From IMG/VR virus record IMGVR_UViG_3300042447_000691: DNA of 64,000 nt; one strand, given 5' to 3'. The stretch comes from a virus. The translations under genes were made by a program, and so were the position numbers. The notes under the pieces are model-generated. The model had not been told where the DNA came from. It saw only the letters and a program-made list of their open reading frames with translations, and made no database searches. Positions 11,453 to 20,515 of this stretch are shown piece by piece (the first letter of the stretch is position 1; each line of letters begins with the position of its first letter).

Positions 11453-11459
11453 TATTTAT
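11453..11459 (+). promoter_or_regulatory. TATTTAT upstream motif (candidate phage late promoter), first of at least 15 copies
   Basis: The same heptamer lies shortly upstream of starts at 11476, 16222, 19576, 20516, 21320, 23700, 32581, 40193, 40502, 46674, 48300, 50784, 53628, 57570 and 62464. Confidence 0.55.
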
Positions 11460-11475
11460 ATATAAAACTAAAAAT

Positions 11476-11700
11476 ATGAGTGTAAAAAAAATACTTGATG
11501 ATTACTTGAGAAAAGACACAAGAATCACAGAAAAACAAATTGATGCGGATCACAAACAAGTTTGTGATTTAGATACTGGGGATTGTTATACTATTAGAAT
11601 GAAAGACGGTTTAATTGAAAGATTCGACAATACGTTACAAAAAAATAGAACATTGAGAGTAGAAACACCGGCAGGAGTTAAAACATTATTAAACGGATAA
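11476..11700 (+). CDS. Hypothetical protein (74 aa)
   Basis: ORF with an A-rich leader and TATTTAT motif; no recognisable family. Confidence 0.75.
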   Translation: MSVKKILDDYLRKDTRITEKQIDADHKQVCDLDTGDCYTIRMKDGLIERFDNTLQKNRTLRVETPAGVKTLLNG

Positions 11701-11711
11701 AAAAAATTGTA

Positions 11712-12422
11712 ATGGAAGTAGAAAGAAGAATATTGGAAGAATTAAAAAGATTTGACCAAATCACAAAATATGTTTTGAATGAACAAGATCCGGCAGCCGG
11801 AATTCCACCACCACCTGCAGATGCGGGAGCGGTACCACCACCTCCGGGTGGAGAAGATCCTGCGGCAGTACCACCACCTCCGGGTGGAGAAGATCCTGCG
11901 GCTGCGGCTGGTGATGTTGCGGGTGGAGCAGCACCAACAGAAGTTCCTGAACCAATTGATGTGGATAAAGATCCTGACGTTGAAGAAGTTGGTGGAGATG
12001 AAGATAAAGAAAAAGAAGGTGATGAAGACACTGAAGAAATTGATATAACGGATTTGGTTAGTGCTCAACAAGACATTAAATCAAAACAAGATGAAATAAT
12101 GGACACGTTATTTTCAAGGTTAGATGATTTACAATCAAAACTTGAAAACATGGATCAAATTATTAACAAAATTGATTCATTAGAAACTAAGTTTGATAAG
12201 TATCGTGAAAAAACACCTGAAGAAAGGTTAGAGTTAAGGTCTTTAGATTCTTATCCGTATAATCAAAAACTAACGGACTTTTTTGATGATAAAAAAATGG
12301 AGATGGATGCTGCAGGAAAAAACGAATATATCCTAACATCCGATGAGGTTGAAAACTTTTCACCTGGTGAAATTAAAAAAACATTTAATAAATACGAAGA
12401 AGACGAAGAGGAAGGTATGTAA
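11712..12422 (+). CDS. Acidic Pro/Gly-rich plus coiled-coil protein (possible scaffold/virion protein)
   Basis: PPPPGGEDPA repeats, an acidic tract, then a heptad-like helical region. Confidence 0.6.
   Translation: MEVERRILEELKRFDQITKYVLNEQDPAAGIPPPPADAGAVPPPPGGEDPAAVPPPPGGEDPAAAAGDVAGGAAPTEVPEPIDVDKDPDVEEVGGDEDKEKEGDEDTEEIDITDLVSAQQDIKSKQDEIMDTLFSRLDDLQSKLENMDQIINKIDSLETKFDKYREKTPEERLELRSLDSYPYNQKLTDFFDDKKMEMDAAGKNEYILTSDEVENFSPGEIKKTFNKYEEDEEEGM
11832..11902 (+). repeat. 36-bp-period tandem repeat (35 identical nt) encoding VPPPPGGEDPAA x2
   Basis: gtaccaccacctccgggtggagaagatcctgcggc at 11832 and 11868. Confidence 0.95.
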
Positions 12423-12454
12423 AAAATACTTCCGAAACAACCATTTTGGAAATG

Positions 12455-12484
12455 AAGGGTTCGATTATTCGGACCCTTTTTTTA
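12455..12484 (+). terminator. Rho-independent terminator
   Basis: AAGGGTTCGA-TTAT-TCGGACCCTT stem followed by a T run, downstream of the 11712-12422 ORF. Confidence 0.85.
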
Positions 12485-12485
12485 T

Positions 12486-12515
12486 TTGACATTTTATAAA
12501 AATCACTTATAATTG
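12486..12515 (+). promoter_or_regulatory. Host-type promoter for the replication operon
   Basis: TTGACA-N16-TATAAT; also reads TTG-N19-TATAATTG, one mismatch from the Bacteroidota TTG-N19-TAnnTTTG consensus. Confidence 0.75.
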
Positions 12516-12552
12516 TTATAGATAAAAGAGTTAAAAATTAAAAAACAAATCT

Positions 12553-13407
12553 ATGGCAAATTCAATTGACGCGGTACTCGCACAGTACGAAAAGAACTCA
12601 ACACCGAGTTCACAAAAACAAAGTATTTCACAAGAAGACAGGTTGAAAAAATACTTTTCAGCAATTCTTCAAAAGAATGAAAAATCAGCACAACGAAGAG
12701 TTCGTATCCTACCTACAAAAGATGGTTCATCTCCATTTGTGGAAGTTTGGTATCACGAAATTCAAGTTAACGGACAATGGGTAAAATTGTATGATCCTGA
12801 AAAAAACAACAACGAACGTTCACCACTTACAGAAGTTTATAACGAATTAATGGCGACAGGTAAAAAAGAAGACAAAGATTTGGCATCACAATACCGTTCA
12901 CGTTTATTTTATATCGTTAAAGTTATTGATCGTGACAACGAACAAGACGGAGTTAAATTTTGGAGATTTAAACACAACTACAAACAAGAAGGTGTGTTGG
13001 ATAAAATCTTACCAATATGGAAAGCGAAAGGTGACCTTACAGATTCTGAAAAAGGACGTGACTTAATCATTGAACTCATCAAAGCAAAAACACCACAAGG
13101 AAAAGAATATACTGTAGTTCAAACTATTATGTATGATGATCCTGCTCCGATACATACCGATAAAGGAATTATGGAAGGATGGATGACAGACGAACTTACT
13201 TGGAATGATGCTTACTCTAAAAAACCTGTTGAATATTTGGAAGCGGTTGCAGTTGGAGAAACGCCAATGTGGAGTTCTGAACTTAAAAAATATGTTTACG
13301 GTGAAGAAGCTGAGATCTCTCTTGGTGGTGGAACTGAAACAAAAGTAGAAAAACCAATCGTTGATCCACAAGCAAACGATGAAGTCGATGAAAACTTACC
13401 ATTCTAA
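12553..13407 (+). CDS. T4 gp32-like single-stranded DNA-binding protein
   Basis: RVRILP...PFVEVWYH, YIVKVIDRD, GVKFWRF, GRDLII and an acidic C-terminal tail ending ENLPF; heads the recombination/replication operon. Confidence 0.8.
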   Translation: MANSIDAVLAQYEKNSTPSSQKQSISQEDRLKKYFSAILQKNEKSAQRRVRILPTKDGSSPFVEVWYHEIQVNGQWVKLYDPEKNNNERSPLTEVYNELMATGKKEDKDLASQYRSRLFYIVKVIDRDNEQDGVKFWRFKHNYKQEGVLDKILPIWKAKGDLTDSEKGRDLIIELIKAKTPQGKEYTVVQTIMYDDPAPIHTDKGIMEGWMTDELTWNDAYSKKPVEYLEAVAVGETPMWSSELKKYVYGEEAEISLGGGTETKVEKPIVDPQANDEVDENLPF

Positions 13408-13417
13408 TTTATAATAT

Positions 13418-13705
13418 ATGAGTAAAATAACAGAAAAAATGTATGAAGCTCTGACCTTGAGATATAGGTCAGAGATGGCAGAATCCGAGGCGACTCTCCT
13501 AATTTATTTTAACAATCCTGTTGGTATTGGTGAACATCCACAACACTTAGAGGAAATGGACCGGTTTGTTGATAAGATGGCAAACGCAAAGGGTAAACTT
13601 GAAATGTTGGAAACCATTTATAAGTATAATGTTAAACGAGATGAAAAGTTTGAAGTAACGGAAGACATGCTAAAAATAATTAAAGAACAAGAAAATGGCA
13701 ATTAA
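13418..13705 (+). CDS. Hypothetical protein (95 aa)
   Basis: In-operon ORF (NPVGIGEHP motif); overlaps the recA start. Confidence 0.75.
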   Translation: MSKITEKMYEALTLRYRSEMAESEATLLIYFNNPVGIGEHPQHLEEMDRFVDKMANAKGKLEMLETIYKYNVKRDEKFEVTEDMLKIIKEQENGN

Positions 13706-14687
13706 GAAGAAAGTAATATCGTTAGATAGTATTAAAGGTAAGTTTTCGACTAAAACAAAATATAAACCCGAAAGTTTTTATAACTGTGGAGATGCGTTTA
13801 TGGAAGCGTGTGGATTACCTGGACCTGTGATGGGAGGGATCAATATGTTTTTAGGACACTCTAACACATCAAAAACAACGGCAATGATACTTGCGGCTGC
13901 GGACGCACAAAGAAGAGGTCACCTACCTGTTTTAATCATAACTGAGAAAAAATGGAGTTGGGAACATGCTATCGAATTGGGACTACAAGCAGAAAAAAAT
14001 GAAGACGGTGAATATGACGGTATGTTTATATTTAACGATTCATTTGATGTGATAGAACAAGCGACCGAATTTATTAACGACATATTGGATGCACAAGAAA
14101 ATGGAGACATCCCTTATAATATTTTATTTCTTTGGGATTCAATCGGATCCATTCCATGTCAGATGACATTTGATGGTAAAGGTGGTGGAATGCATAACGC
14201 GAAAGTATTAGCTGATAAAATTGGAATGGGTATCCACTCAAGAATTTCTAAATCAAAAAAAGAAGATTACCCATACTATAATACTTTAGTGATATTAAAT
14301 CAGCCTTGGGTCTTACTTCCTGATAACCCATTTGGACAACCTGAGATTCAAGCAAAAGGTGGTACGGCAATATGGTTGGCGAGTAGTTTAGTGTTTCTTT
14401 TTGGTAATCAGAAAAAAGCAGGAATTAGTCACATAGACGCAACTAAAAACGGTAGAAAAGTATCGTTCGCTATTAGGACTAAGGTATCTATTTTAAAAAA
14501 TCACGTTAATGGTATTGGTTATAAGGATGGTAAGATCGTTGCGGTACCTCATGGATATATTTCCGACACAAAAGATGCGTTGGATAAATACAAAAAAGAA
14601 TACTCAGATTATTGGGTTACAAAAATGGGAGACGCAAACTATTCTTTAGATGAGTCTGCAGGATATGATGATGAGACGGTAGATTAG
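13695..14687 (+). CDS. recA: RecA/UvsX-like recombinase
   Basis: Variant Walker A GHSNTSKTT, Walker B LFLWDSIGS, ILNQ, KGG motif, KNH near the C-terminus. Confidence 0.85.
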   Translation: MAIKKKVISLDSIKGKFSTKTKYKPESFYNCGDAFMEACGLPGPVMGGINMFLGHSNTSKTTAMILAAADAQRRGHLPVLIITEKKWSWEHAIELGLQAEKNEDGEYDGMFIFNDSFDVIEQATEFINDILDAQENGDIPYNILFLWDSIGSIPCQMTFDGKGGGMHNAKVLADKIGMGIHSRISKSKKEDYPYYNTLVILNQPWVLLPDNPFGQPEIQAKGGTAIWLASSLVFLFGNQKKAGISHIDATKNGRKVSFAIRTKVSILKNHVNGIGYKDGKIVAVPHGYISDTKDALDKYKKEYSDYWVTKMGDANYSLDESAGYDDETVD

Positions 14688-14718
14688 AAAAAAAGTAGTA
14701 TCAGTAAATAAAATACAA

Positions 14719-15726
14719 ATGATTAAAACCCTATTAATTGACGGGAATAATTTATTAAAAATTGGGTTTCACGGAGTTAAAGGATATTTTAATGGTGTTG
14801 AACATGTGGGTGGTATTTGGCATTTCTTAAATACCACTCGCAGATTCATCGAAGAAGGTAATTTTGATAAAGTGATTGTTGCTTGGGACGGAGTAACAAG
14901 CACCTCACAAAGGAGGTTATTCTACCCCAACTATAAATTAAATAGAAAGGCACCAACGGATGAGAACTTAGAGTTGTCATTTAACAAACAAAAACTAAGA
15001 GTAAAACAATACTTAGAGGAAATGTTTGTTAGACAGATTGAGTTTGAAAATTCAGAAGCGGATGATTTAATTGCTTACTATTGTCAAATATCTAAAGGAG
15101 AACAAAAGACTATCTTTAGTGGTGATAGAGACCTAACACAACTTATCTCGGAAGATGTGACCATATACTCACCTAATACCAAAAAGTATTATAAGAATGG
15201 AGATAACATCAAACTACACGAAATTGAGATACCTCACTATAATGTAAAAACATTTAAGATAGTTTCTGGTGATAAATCAGATAATATTGATGGTATATAT
15301 TACTTAGGTGAAAAAACTTTTGTGAAGTTATTTCCTGAGATACTTGAAAGAGAGGTTTCTTTTACCGATATTTTAACAAGAGGTGAAGAACTTCTAAAAG
15401 AACAAAAAGAAAATACAGTCCTAAAAAATTTACTGACGGGTAAAACAAAGGGTGGTATATTTGGTGACGAGTTTTTTAAGGTCAATAAAATGATCGTGGA
15501 TTTATCGGAACCGTTGATTAGTAAAGAAGGAAAAGAATTGGTTGAACTATATTACTCTGAGTCGTTGGATCCTGACGGAAGAGGGTATAAGAATCTAATT
15601 CGGATGATGATGGATGATGGATTATTTAAATACCTACCGAAAGGTGACGATCAGTGGGTATATTTTTTAAAACCATTTTTAAAGTTAACAAGAAAAGAAA
15701 AAACAAAATTCAAAACAAAAAAGTAA
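14719..15726 (+). CDS. 5'-3' exonuclease / flap endonuclease (PolA N-terminal or T4 RNase H-like)
   Basis: LLIDGNN, YKLNR, EADDLIA, SGDRDLTQL, GDKSDNIDG, GEKT motifs. Confidence 0.92.
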   Translation: MIKTLLIDGNNLLKIGFHGVKGYFNGVEHVGGIWHFLNTTRRFIEEGNFDKVIVAWDGVTSTSQRRLFYPNYKLNRKAPTDENLELSFNKQKLRVKQYLEEMFVRQIEFENSEADDLIAYYCQISKGEQKTIFSGDRDLTQLISEDVTIYSPNTKKYYKNGDNIKLHEIEIPHYNVKTFKIVSGDKSDNIDGIYYLGEKTFVKLFPEILEREVSFTDILTRGEELLKEQKENTVLKNLLTGKTKGGIFGDEFFKVNKMIVDLSEPLISKEGKELVELYYSESLDPDGRGYKNLIRMMMDDGLFKYLPKGDDQWVYFLKPFLKLTRKEKTKFKTKK

Positions 15727-15730
15727 AATT

Positions 15731-16183
15731 ATGAAAGAGCAGAATGATGTAACAAAGGTTGAATTCCTAATGACACTTAATAATAATTTTGTGGTACAAA
15801 GGTTTTTTAATGTGAAAGGTTTTAACGAAAAGGCTAAAAATAGCGTTGAGTTAACCGATTATATTAAAGATTTATCTGACTACTTAAAAACAAAATTAAG
15901 AAACAAGTGTGTGGTTTATATGTTGGAAAACAGATACCAAATTGAGGAAGACCCAAGCATTTTAGAAACATCAAACACAGACGGACCTGAAACATTTAAC
16001 ATTATTTTAAAGGTAGGTAATGAGACAATTTGTCATAGAATCATTGACGCGAAATTATACCCACCAAAGGTAAGATACACCCTGGATATACGTCCAGACA
16101 TAAAAAACATTTTAAGAGAATTGACTGACATTTTATCAGACAAAAATTTATCTTTTGAGATGATGAATTATTCGTTGGCGTAA
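15731..16183 (+). CDS. Hypothetical protein (150 aa)
   Basis: Tightly coupled in-operon ORF; no recognisable motif. Confidence 0.75.
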   Translation: MKEQNDVTKVEFLMTLNNNFVVQRFFNVKGFNEKAKNSVELTDYIKDLSDYLKTKLRNKCVVYMLENRYQIEEDPSILETSNTDGPETFNIILKVGNETICHRIIDAKLYPPKVRYTLDIRPDIKNILRELTDILSDKNLSFEMMNYSLA

Positions 16184-16221
16184 TAGTATTTATTAAAACA
16201 CAGAACAAAAATCTATAAAAT

Positions 16222-17604
16222 ATGTCAGACAAAAAGAACTTCGGATACTTAGGAAATACTTTTCAAATACAACTTTTAAATAATATAGTAACATACAAAG
16301 ATTTCGCTAATTCCATAATTGAAGTTATTGACCCACACTATTTTGATAACCAATATTTTAGAATCATTTGTCAAATGATTAGAGAGTATTATACAAAATA
16401 TGAACACACTCCGACATTTGATACTCTTGAACAACTAACAAAATCAGAAATTAGTTCACCTATGGCTCAAAAGAGCATTTTAGATACAATAGAACAGGTT
16501 AAGAACGTTGCTGACGAAGGATCTGTATTTGTTCAAGAAAAGTCCTTAAAATTCTGTAAACAACAAGAGCTCCAAAAAGTAATGGTAAAAACTCAGTCAA
16601 TCATTGATAAAGGTGATTTTGAGAGTTACGATAAGTTAGAGGAAATGGTGAGAGGAGCACTACAAGTTGGTGAAGTAGATAAAGGAACTGCAGATGTGTT
16701 TTTTAACCTTGATGAGGTATTAAATGATGATTACAGACACCCAATTCCTATTGGGGTCCCCGGTATAGATAATTTATTAAAAGGAGGATTAGCCAAAGGA
16801 GAAATTGGTGTTATTTTAGCCCCTACCGGAGTTGGTAAATCAACTTTCACAACCAAAATTGCAAACCACGCATTCAACTTAGGGTATAACGTCCTTCAGA
16901 TATTTTTTGAAGACAACCCTAAAATCATTCAAAGAAAACACATAACACTTTGGACTGGAATACACCCTGACGATTTAACTGAAAGAAGAGTAGAGGTAAT
17001 GGAAAAAGTTAAACAAATTCAATCAACAAGAAAAAATAAGTTGATTATGAAAAAGTTGTCTTCCGATACCGTAACTATGAATCAGATTAAAAATCAAGTT
17101 AGAAAAATGATTGCTGAAGGGACAAAAATTGATATGGTAATTTTAGATTATATTGATTGTGTCGTACCAGACAAAAATTTGGGTGACGAATGGAAAAGTG
17201 AAGGTTCAGTTATGAGAGGATTTGAGGCGATGTGTCACGAATTAGACATCGCCGGATGGACAGCAACACAAGGGAATAGAAGCTCAATATCATCAGAGGT
17301 TGTAACAACAGATCAAATGGGTGGATCAATTAAAAAAGCACAAGTTGGTCACGTAATTATTACGGTGGCTAAGAGTCTACAACAAAAAGAGATGAATTTA
17401 GCAACCATCGCAATCACCAAATCAAGAATTGGTAAAGATGGTGTTATCTTTGAAAACTGTAAATTTGATAACGGTATGTTAGAAATCGACACTGAACAAA
17501 GTGTTACGTTTCTTGGACACGAGGAACAAAAAGAAGAAAGAAACCGTAGTCGAATCAAAGAACTTTTAGAAAAGAAAAAACAAAAAGAACAACAAGAATC
17601 TTAA
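16222..17604 (+). CDS. dnaB: Replicative DnaB/gp41-like helicase
   Basis: Walker A APTGVGKST, Walker B VILDYID, ATQGNR, KSRIG arginine finger. Confidence 0.92.
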   Translation: MSDKKNFGYLGNTFQIQLLNNIVTYKDFANSIIEVIDPHYFDNQYFRIICQMIREYYTKYEHTPTFDTLEQLTKSEISSPMAQKSILDTIEQVKNVADEGSVFVQEKSLKFCKQQELQKVMVKTQSIIDKGDFESYDKLEEMVRGALQVGEVDKGTADVFFNLDEVLNDDYRHPIPIGVPGIDNLLKGGLAKGEIGVILAPTGVGKSTFTTKIANHAFNLGYNVLQIFFEDNPKIIQRKHITLWTGIHPDDLTERRVEVMEKVKQIQSTRKNKLIMKKLSSDTVTMNQIKNQVRKMIAEGTKIDMVILDYIDCVVPDKNLGDEWKSEGSVMRGFEAMCHELDIAGWTATQGNRSSISSEVVTTDQMGGSIKKAQVGHVIITVAKSLQQKEMNLATIAITKSRIGKDGVIFENCKFDNGMLEIDTEQSVTFLGHEEQKEERNRSRIKELLEKKKQKEQQES

Positions 17605-17628
17605 AATAAATTATTAAATTAAATTAAA

Positions 17629-19488
17629 ATGGATATTTCGCAAAAAATATTAAGTGACATTACTGTCTTTATGAAATACGCTAAGTTTCAACCCGAAAAG
17701 AATCGGAGAGAGACTTGGGAAGAGTTGGTAACTCGTAACAAAGAGATGCACCAACGTAAGTACCCCCACATTAAAGATGAGATAGAGGAGGTATATAAAA
17801 TGGTATACGACAAGAAAGTATTACCATCAATGAGATCATTACAATTTGGAGGTAAACCAATTGAGATTTCACCAAACAGAGTTTACAACTGCGCATATAT
17901 GCCAATTGACCACGTTGACTCATTCTCTGAAACAATGTTTTTACTTTTAGGTGGAACAGGTGTTGGATACTCAGTTCAAAAACATCACGTTGAAAAATTA
18001 CCTGATGTTAAAAAACCAAATCCTGATAGAACAAGAAGATACCTAATTGGTGATTCTATTGAAGGATGGGCAGATGCCATTAAAGTATTGATGGAATCAT
18101 ATTTAGGTTACAAATCGTCAACACCTGTATTTGACTTTTCAGATATCAGACAAAAAGGTGCGATGCTTGTAACATCAGGAGGAAAGGCACCAGGACCTCA
18201 ACCATTAAAAGATTGTATTCACCACATAACAAAAGTGTTGGATAACAAAAAAGATGGTGAAAAATTAACACCGATCGAAACTCACGATATTGTATGTCAT
18301 ATTGCAGATGCAGTACTTGCAGGTGGTATTAGAAGAGCAGCACTTATCTCATTATTCTCGGCTGATGATGAAGAAATGATTTCTTGTAAATCAGGAAGTT
18401 GGTGGGAACAAAACGCACAAAGAGGTAGAGCAAATAACTCAGCAGTACTTCTTCGTCACAAAATTACAAAAGAATTCTTTATGGATTTATGGAAACGTAT
18501 TGAGTTATCAGGAGCAGGAGAACCAGGAATCTACTTATCTAACGATAAAGATTGGGGAACTAATCCATGTTGTGAAATCGCACTACGACCTTTTCAATTC
18601 TGTAACTTATGTGAAGTAAATGCGTCTGATATTGAATCACAAGAGGACTTCGATAAAAGAGTTAGAGCGGCGGCGTTCATTGGAACATTACAAGCCGGAT
18701 ACACTGACTTTCATTACCTAAGAGATATTTGGAAAAGAACGACTGAAAAAGATGCACTTATTGGTGTTGGGATGACAGGTATTGGTTCAGGGGTTGTTTT
18801 AGGGTATGATATGAAAAAAGCCGCTAAGGCGGTTAAAGAAGAAAACGAAAGAGTTGCAACACTTATTGGGATTAATAAATCAGCAAGAACGACAACTGTT
18901 AAGCCATCAGGTACCTCATCATTGGTATTGGGGACATCATCAGGTATTCACGCTTGGCATAATGACTTCTATTTAAGAAGAATCCGTGTAGGTAAAAACG
19001 AATCAATCTATTCTTATTTAGCGATTAATCACCCTGAGTTGATTGAAGATGAGTTTTTCCGTCCTCACGATACTGCAGTTATTGGTATACCACAAAAAGC
19101 ACCCGAAGGAGCAATTATAAGACACGAGTCTGTATTCCAAATGTTAGAAAGAGTTAAAAAAGTATCTCAAGAATGGATTAAACCTGGACATAGAAACGGA
19201 CAAAATTCTCACAACGTATCTGCAACCGTTTCAATTAAAGAAGATGAGTGGGACTTGGTAGGTGAATGGATGTGGAATAACAGAGATTTTTATAATGGAC
19301 TTTCTGTATTACCATACAACGGAGGTTCGTATACCCAGGCCCCGTTTTCCGATTGTACAAAAGAAGAATACGAAAACTTAGTAAAAACATTAACTAATAT
19401 TGATCTTACTAAAGTAATTGAGTTACAAGATAACACCGACCTACGAGGAGAATTGGCTTGTGCGAACGGATCTTGCGAGATAATTTAA
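17629..19488 (+). CDS. nrdJ: Class II (adenosylcobalamin-dependent, monomeric RTPR-type) ribonucleotide reductase
   Basis: PSMRSLQ, YNCAY, TNPCCEIAL-CNLCEVN, TTTVKPSGT, C-terminal CANGSCEII redox pair; no beta-subunit gene nearby. Confidence 0.93.
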   Translation: MDISQKILSDITVFMKYAKFQPEKNRRETWEELVTRNKEMHQRKYPHIKDEIEEVYKMVYDKKVLPSMRSLQFGGKPIEISPNRVYNCAYMPIDHVDSFSETMFLLLGGTGVGYSVQKHHVEKLPDVKKPNPDRTRRYLIGDSIEGWADAIKVLMESYLGYKSSTPVFDFSDIRQKGAMLVTSGGKAPGPQPLKDCIHHITKVLDNKKDGEKLTPIETHDIVCHIADAVLAGGIRRAALISLFSADDEEMISCKSGSWWEQNAQRGRANNSAVLLRHKITKEFFMDLWKRIELSGAGEPGIYLSNDKDWGTNPCCEIALRPFQFCNLCEVNASDIESQEDFDKRVRAAAFIGTLQAGYTDFHYLRDIWKRTTEKDALIGVGMTGIGSGVVLGYDMKKAAKAVKEENERVATLIGINKSARTTTVKPSGTSSLVLGTSSGIHAWHNDFYLRRIRVGKNESIYSYLAINHPELIEDEFFRPHDTAVIGIPQKAPEGAIIRHESVFQMLERVKKVSQEWIKPGHRNGQNSHNVSATVSIKEDEWDLVGEWMWNNRDFYNGLSVLPYNGGSYTQAPFSDCTKEEYENLVKTLTNIDLTKVIELQDNTDLRGELACANGSCEII

Positions 19489-19494
19489 CATTAG

Positions 19495-19532
19495 AAAAGT
19501 AAGGAATTTATTAAAAGTTCCTTACTTTTTTT
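19495..19532 (+). terminator. Rho-independent terminator after nrdJ
   Basis: AAAAGTAAGGAATTT-ATTAA-AAGTTCCTTACTTTT plus T run; could act in both directions. Confidence 0.85.
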
Positions 19533-19575
19533 ATTTCACAATATATTTATATATAATAACAAATACTTGTGAAAT

Positions 19576-20187
19576 ATGAAAAAAATTGAAATGATTGGTA
19601 AAGTTTTTGGAAAACTTAAAGTAGTTGAAGAACTAAAAAAGAATAAAAATGGACACATAAGATATGGATGTGAATGTGAATGTGGTAATATAACAGAAGT
19701 TTTTGGGACTCACCTACGTAGCGGTAGTATAATTTCTTGTGGTTGTAAAAATAGAATAAATAAAGAGGGAGGTATTAATGGTGATTTATGGTATAACATA
19801 ACTAATTATAAAACATCTAAAAGAGCAAACAGAAGAAATTTAGATTTTAATTTAACCAAAGAATATATTTATGACTTATTTAAAAAACAAAGTGGTAAAT
19901 GTAATTTATCTGGAATTAATATCAAATTACCTATTAGTTGGAATGATAAATCATATACTGCATCATTAGATAGAATAGATAGTAAAAATGGTTATGTTAT
20001 TGGAAATGTACAATGGGTTCATAAACACATAAATGTAATGAAAAATATTTTCAATCAAGATATGTTTATTTTTCTATGTAATCAAGTAACAAAAAATAAC
20101 AAATTAGTTGATTTTGATATTAAAAAAATTGATGAATTTAAATGGGGTTTAAATACAAAATATTATGAAAGCACAATGGGGAAATAA
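19576..20187 (+). CDS. Free-standing HNH-like (His-Me finger) homing endonuclease
   Basis: N-terminal GKVFGKLKV..CECECG..SCGC DNA-binding module; C-terminal SLDRIDSKNGYVIGNVQWVHKHINVMK; adjacent to nrdJ. Confidence 0.75.
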   Translation: MKKIEMIGKVFGKLKVVEELKKNKNGHIRYGCECECGNITEVFGTHLRSGSIISCGCKNRINKEGGINGDLWYNITNYKTSKRANRRNLDFNLTKEYIYDLFKKQSGKCNLSGINIKLPISWNDKSYTASLDRIDSKNGYVIGNVQWVHKHINVMKNIFNQDMFIFLCNQVTKNNKLVDFDIKKIDEFKWGLNTKYYESTMGK

Positions 20188-20245
20188 TATAACGCTAACA
20201 TACCAAGTATTGTTGGCGTTTTATAATCAAAGAAAAACTAACTAA
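20165..20245 (+). CDS. Small ORF absent from the track, 26 aa (MKAQWGNNITLTYQVLLAFYNQRKTN)
   Basis: ATG at 20165 in aaatattATG context; stop TAA at 20243-20245, 1 nt before the next ATG; overlaps the end of the endonuclease gene. Confidence 0.4.
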   Translation: MKAQWGNNITLTYQVLLAFYNQRKTN

Positions 20246-20246
20246 A

Positions 20247-20471
20247 ATGAATGTAGGAGCATCTAAAGATTGGATACAACAACAATACGTTAGAGAGTTT
20301 GGGCCAAAACTACAATCAAACGAGTACTATTACGATAAAGAAGGTAGAATGGTTATGACTGAAGAATATCATACACGTAGAGGTAGTTGTTGTGGTAACG
20401 GATGTTTAAAATGTCCGTACGAACCCATACACGAAAAAGGAAATAAAGTTTTACAAGAATCCCGACATTAA
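20247..20471 (+). CDS. Small Cys-rich protein, DUF5522-like
   Basis: RRGSCCGNGCLKCPY motif. Confidence 0.7.
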   Translation: MNVGASKDWIQQQYVREFGPKLQSNEYYYDKEGRMVMTEEYHTRRGSCCGNGCLKCPYEPIHEKGNKVLQESRH

Positions 20472-20487
20472 GTTGGGATTTTTTTTT
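20458..20487 (+). terminator. Rho-independent terminator
   Basis: AATCCCGAC-ATTAA-GTTGGGATT plus T run overlapping the stop codon. Confidence 0.8.
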
Positions 20488-20515
20488 ACAGTATATTTAT
20501 ATATAAAATATTATA

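Noticed and set aside
11678-12071. Minus-strand ORFs opposite the Pro-rich gene
   Set aside because: These are shadow frames produced by the stop-poor GC-rich repeat; they lack a credible start context.
13695-19488. Inteins or introns in recA, dnaB or nrdJ
   Set aside because: All three have normal lengths and continuous motifs; the endonuclease next to nrdJ is free-standing, after a terminator.
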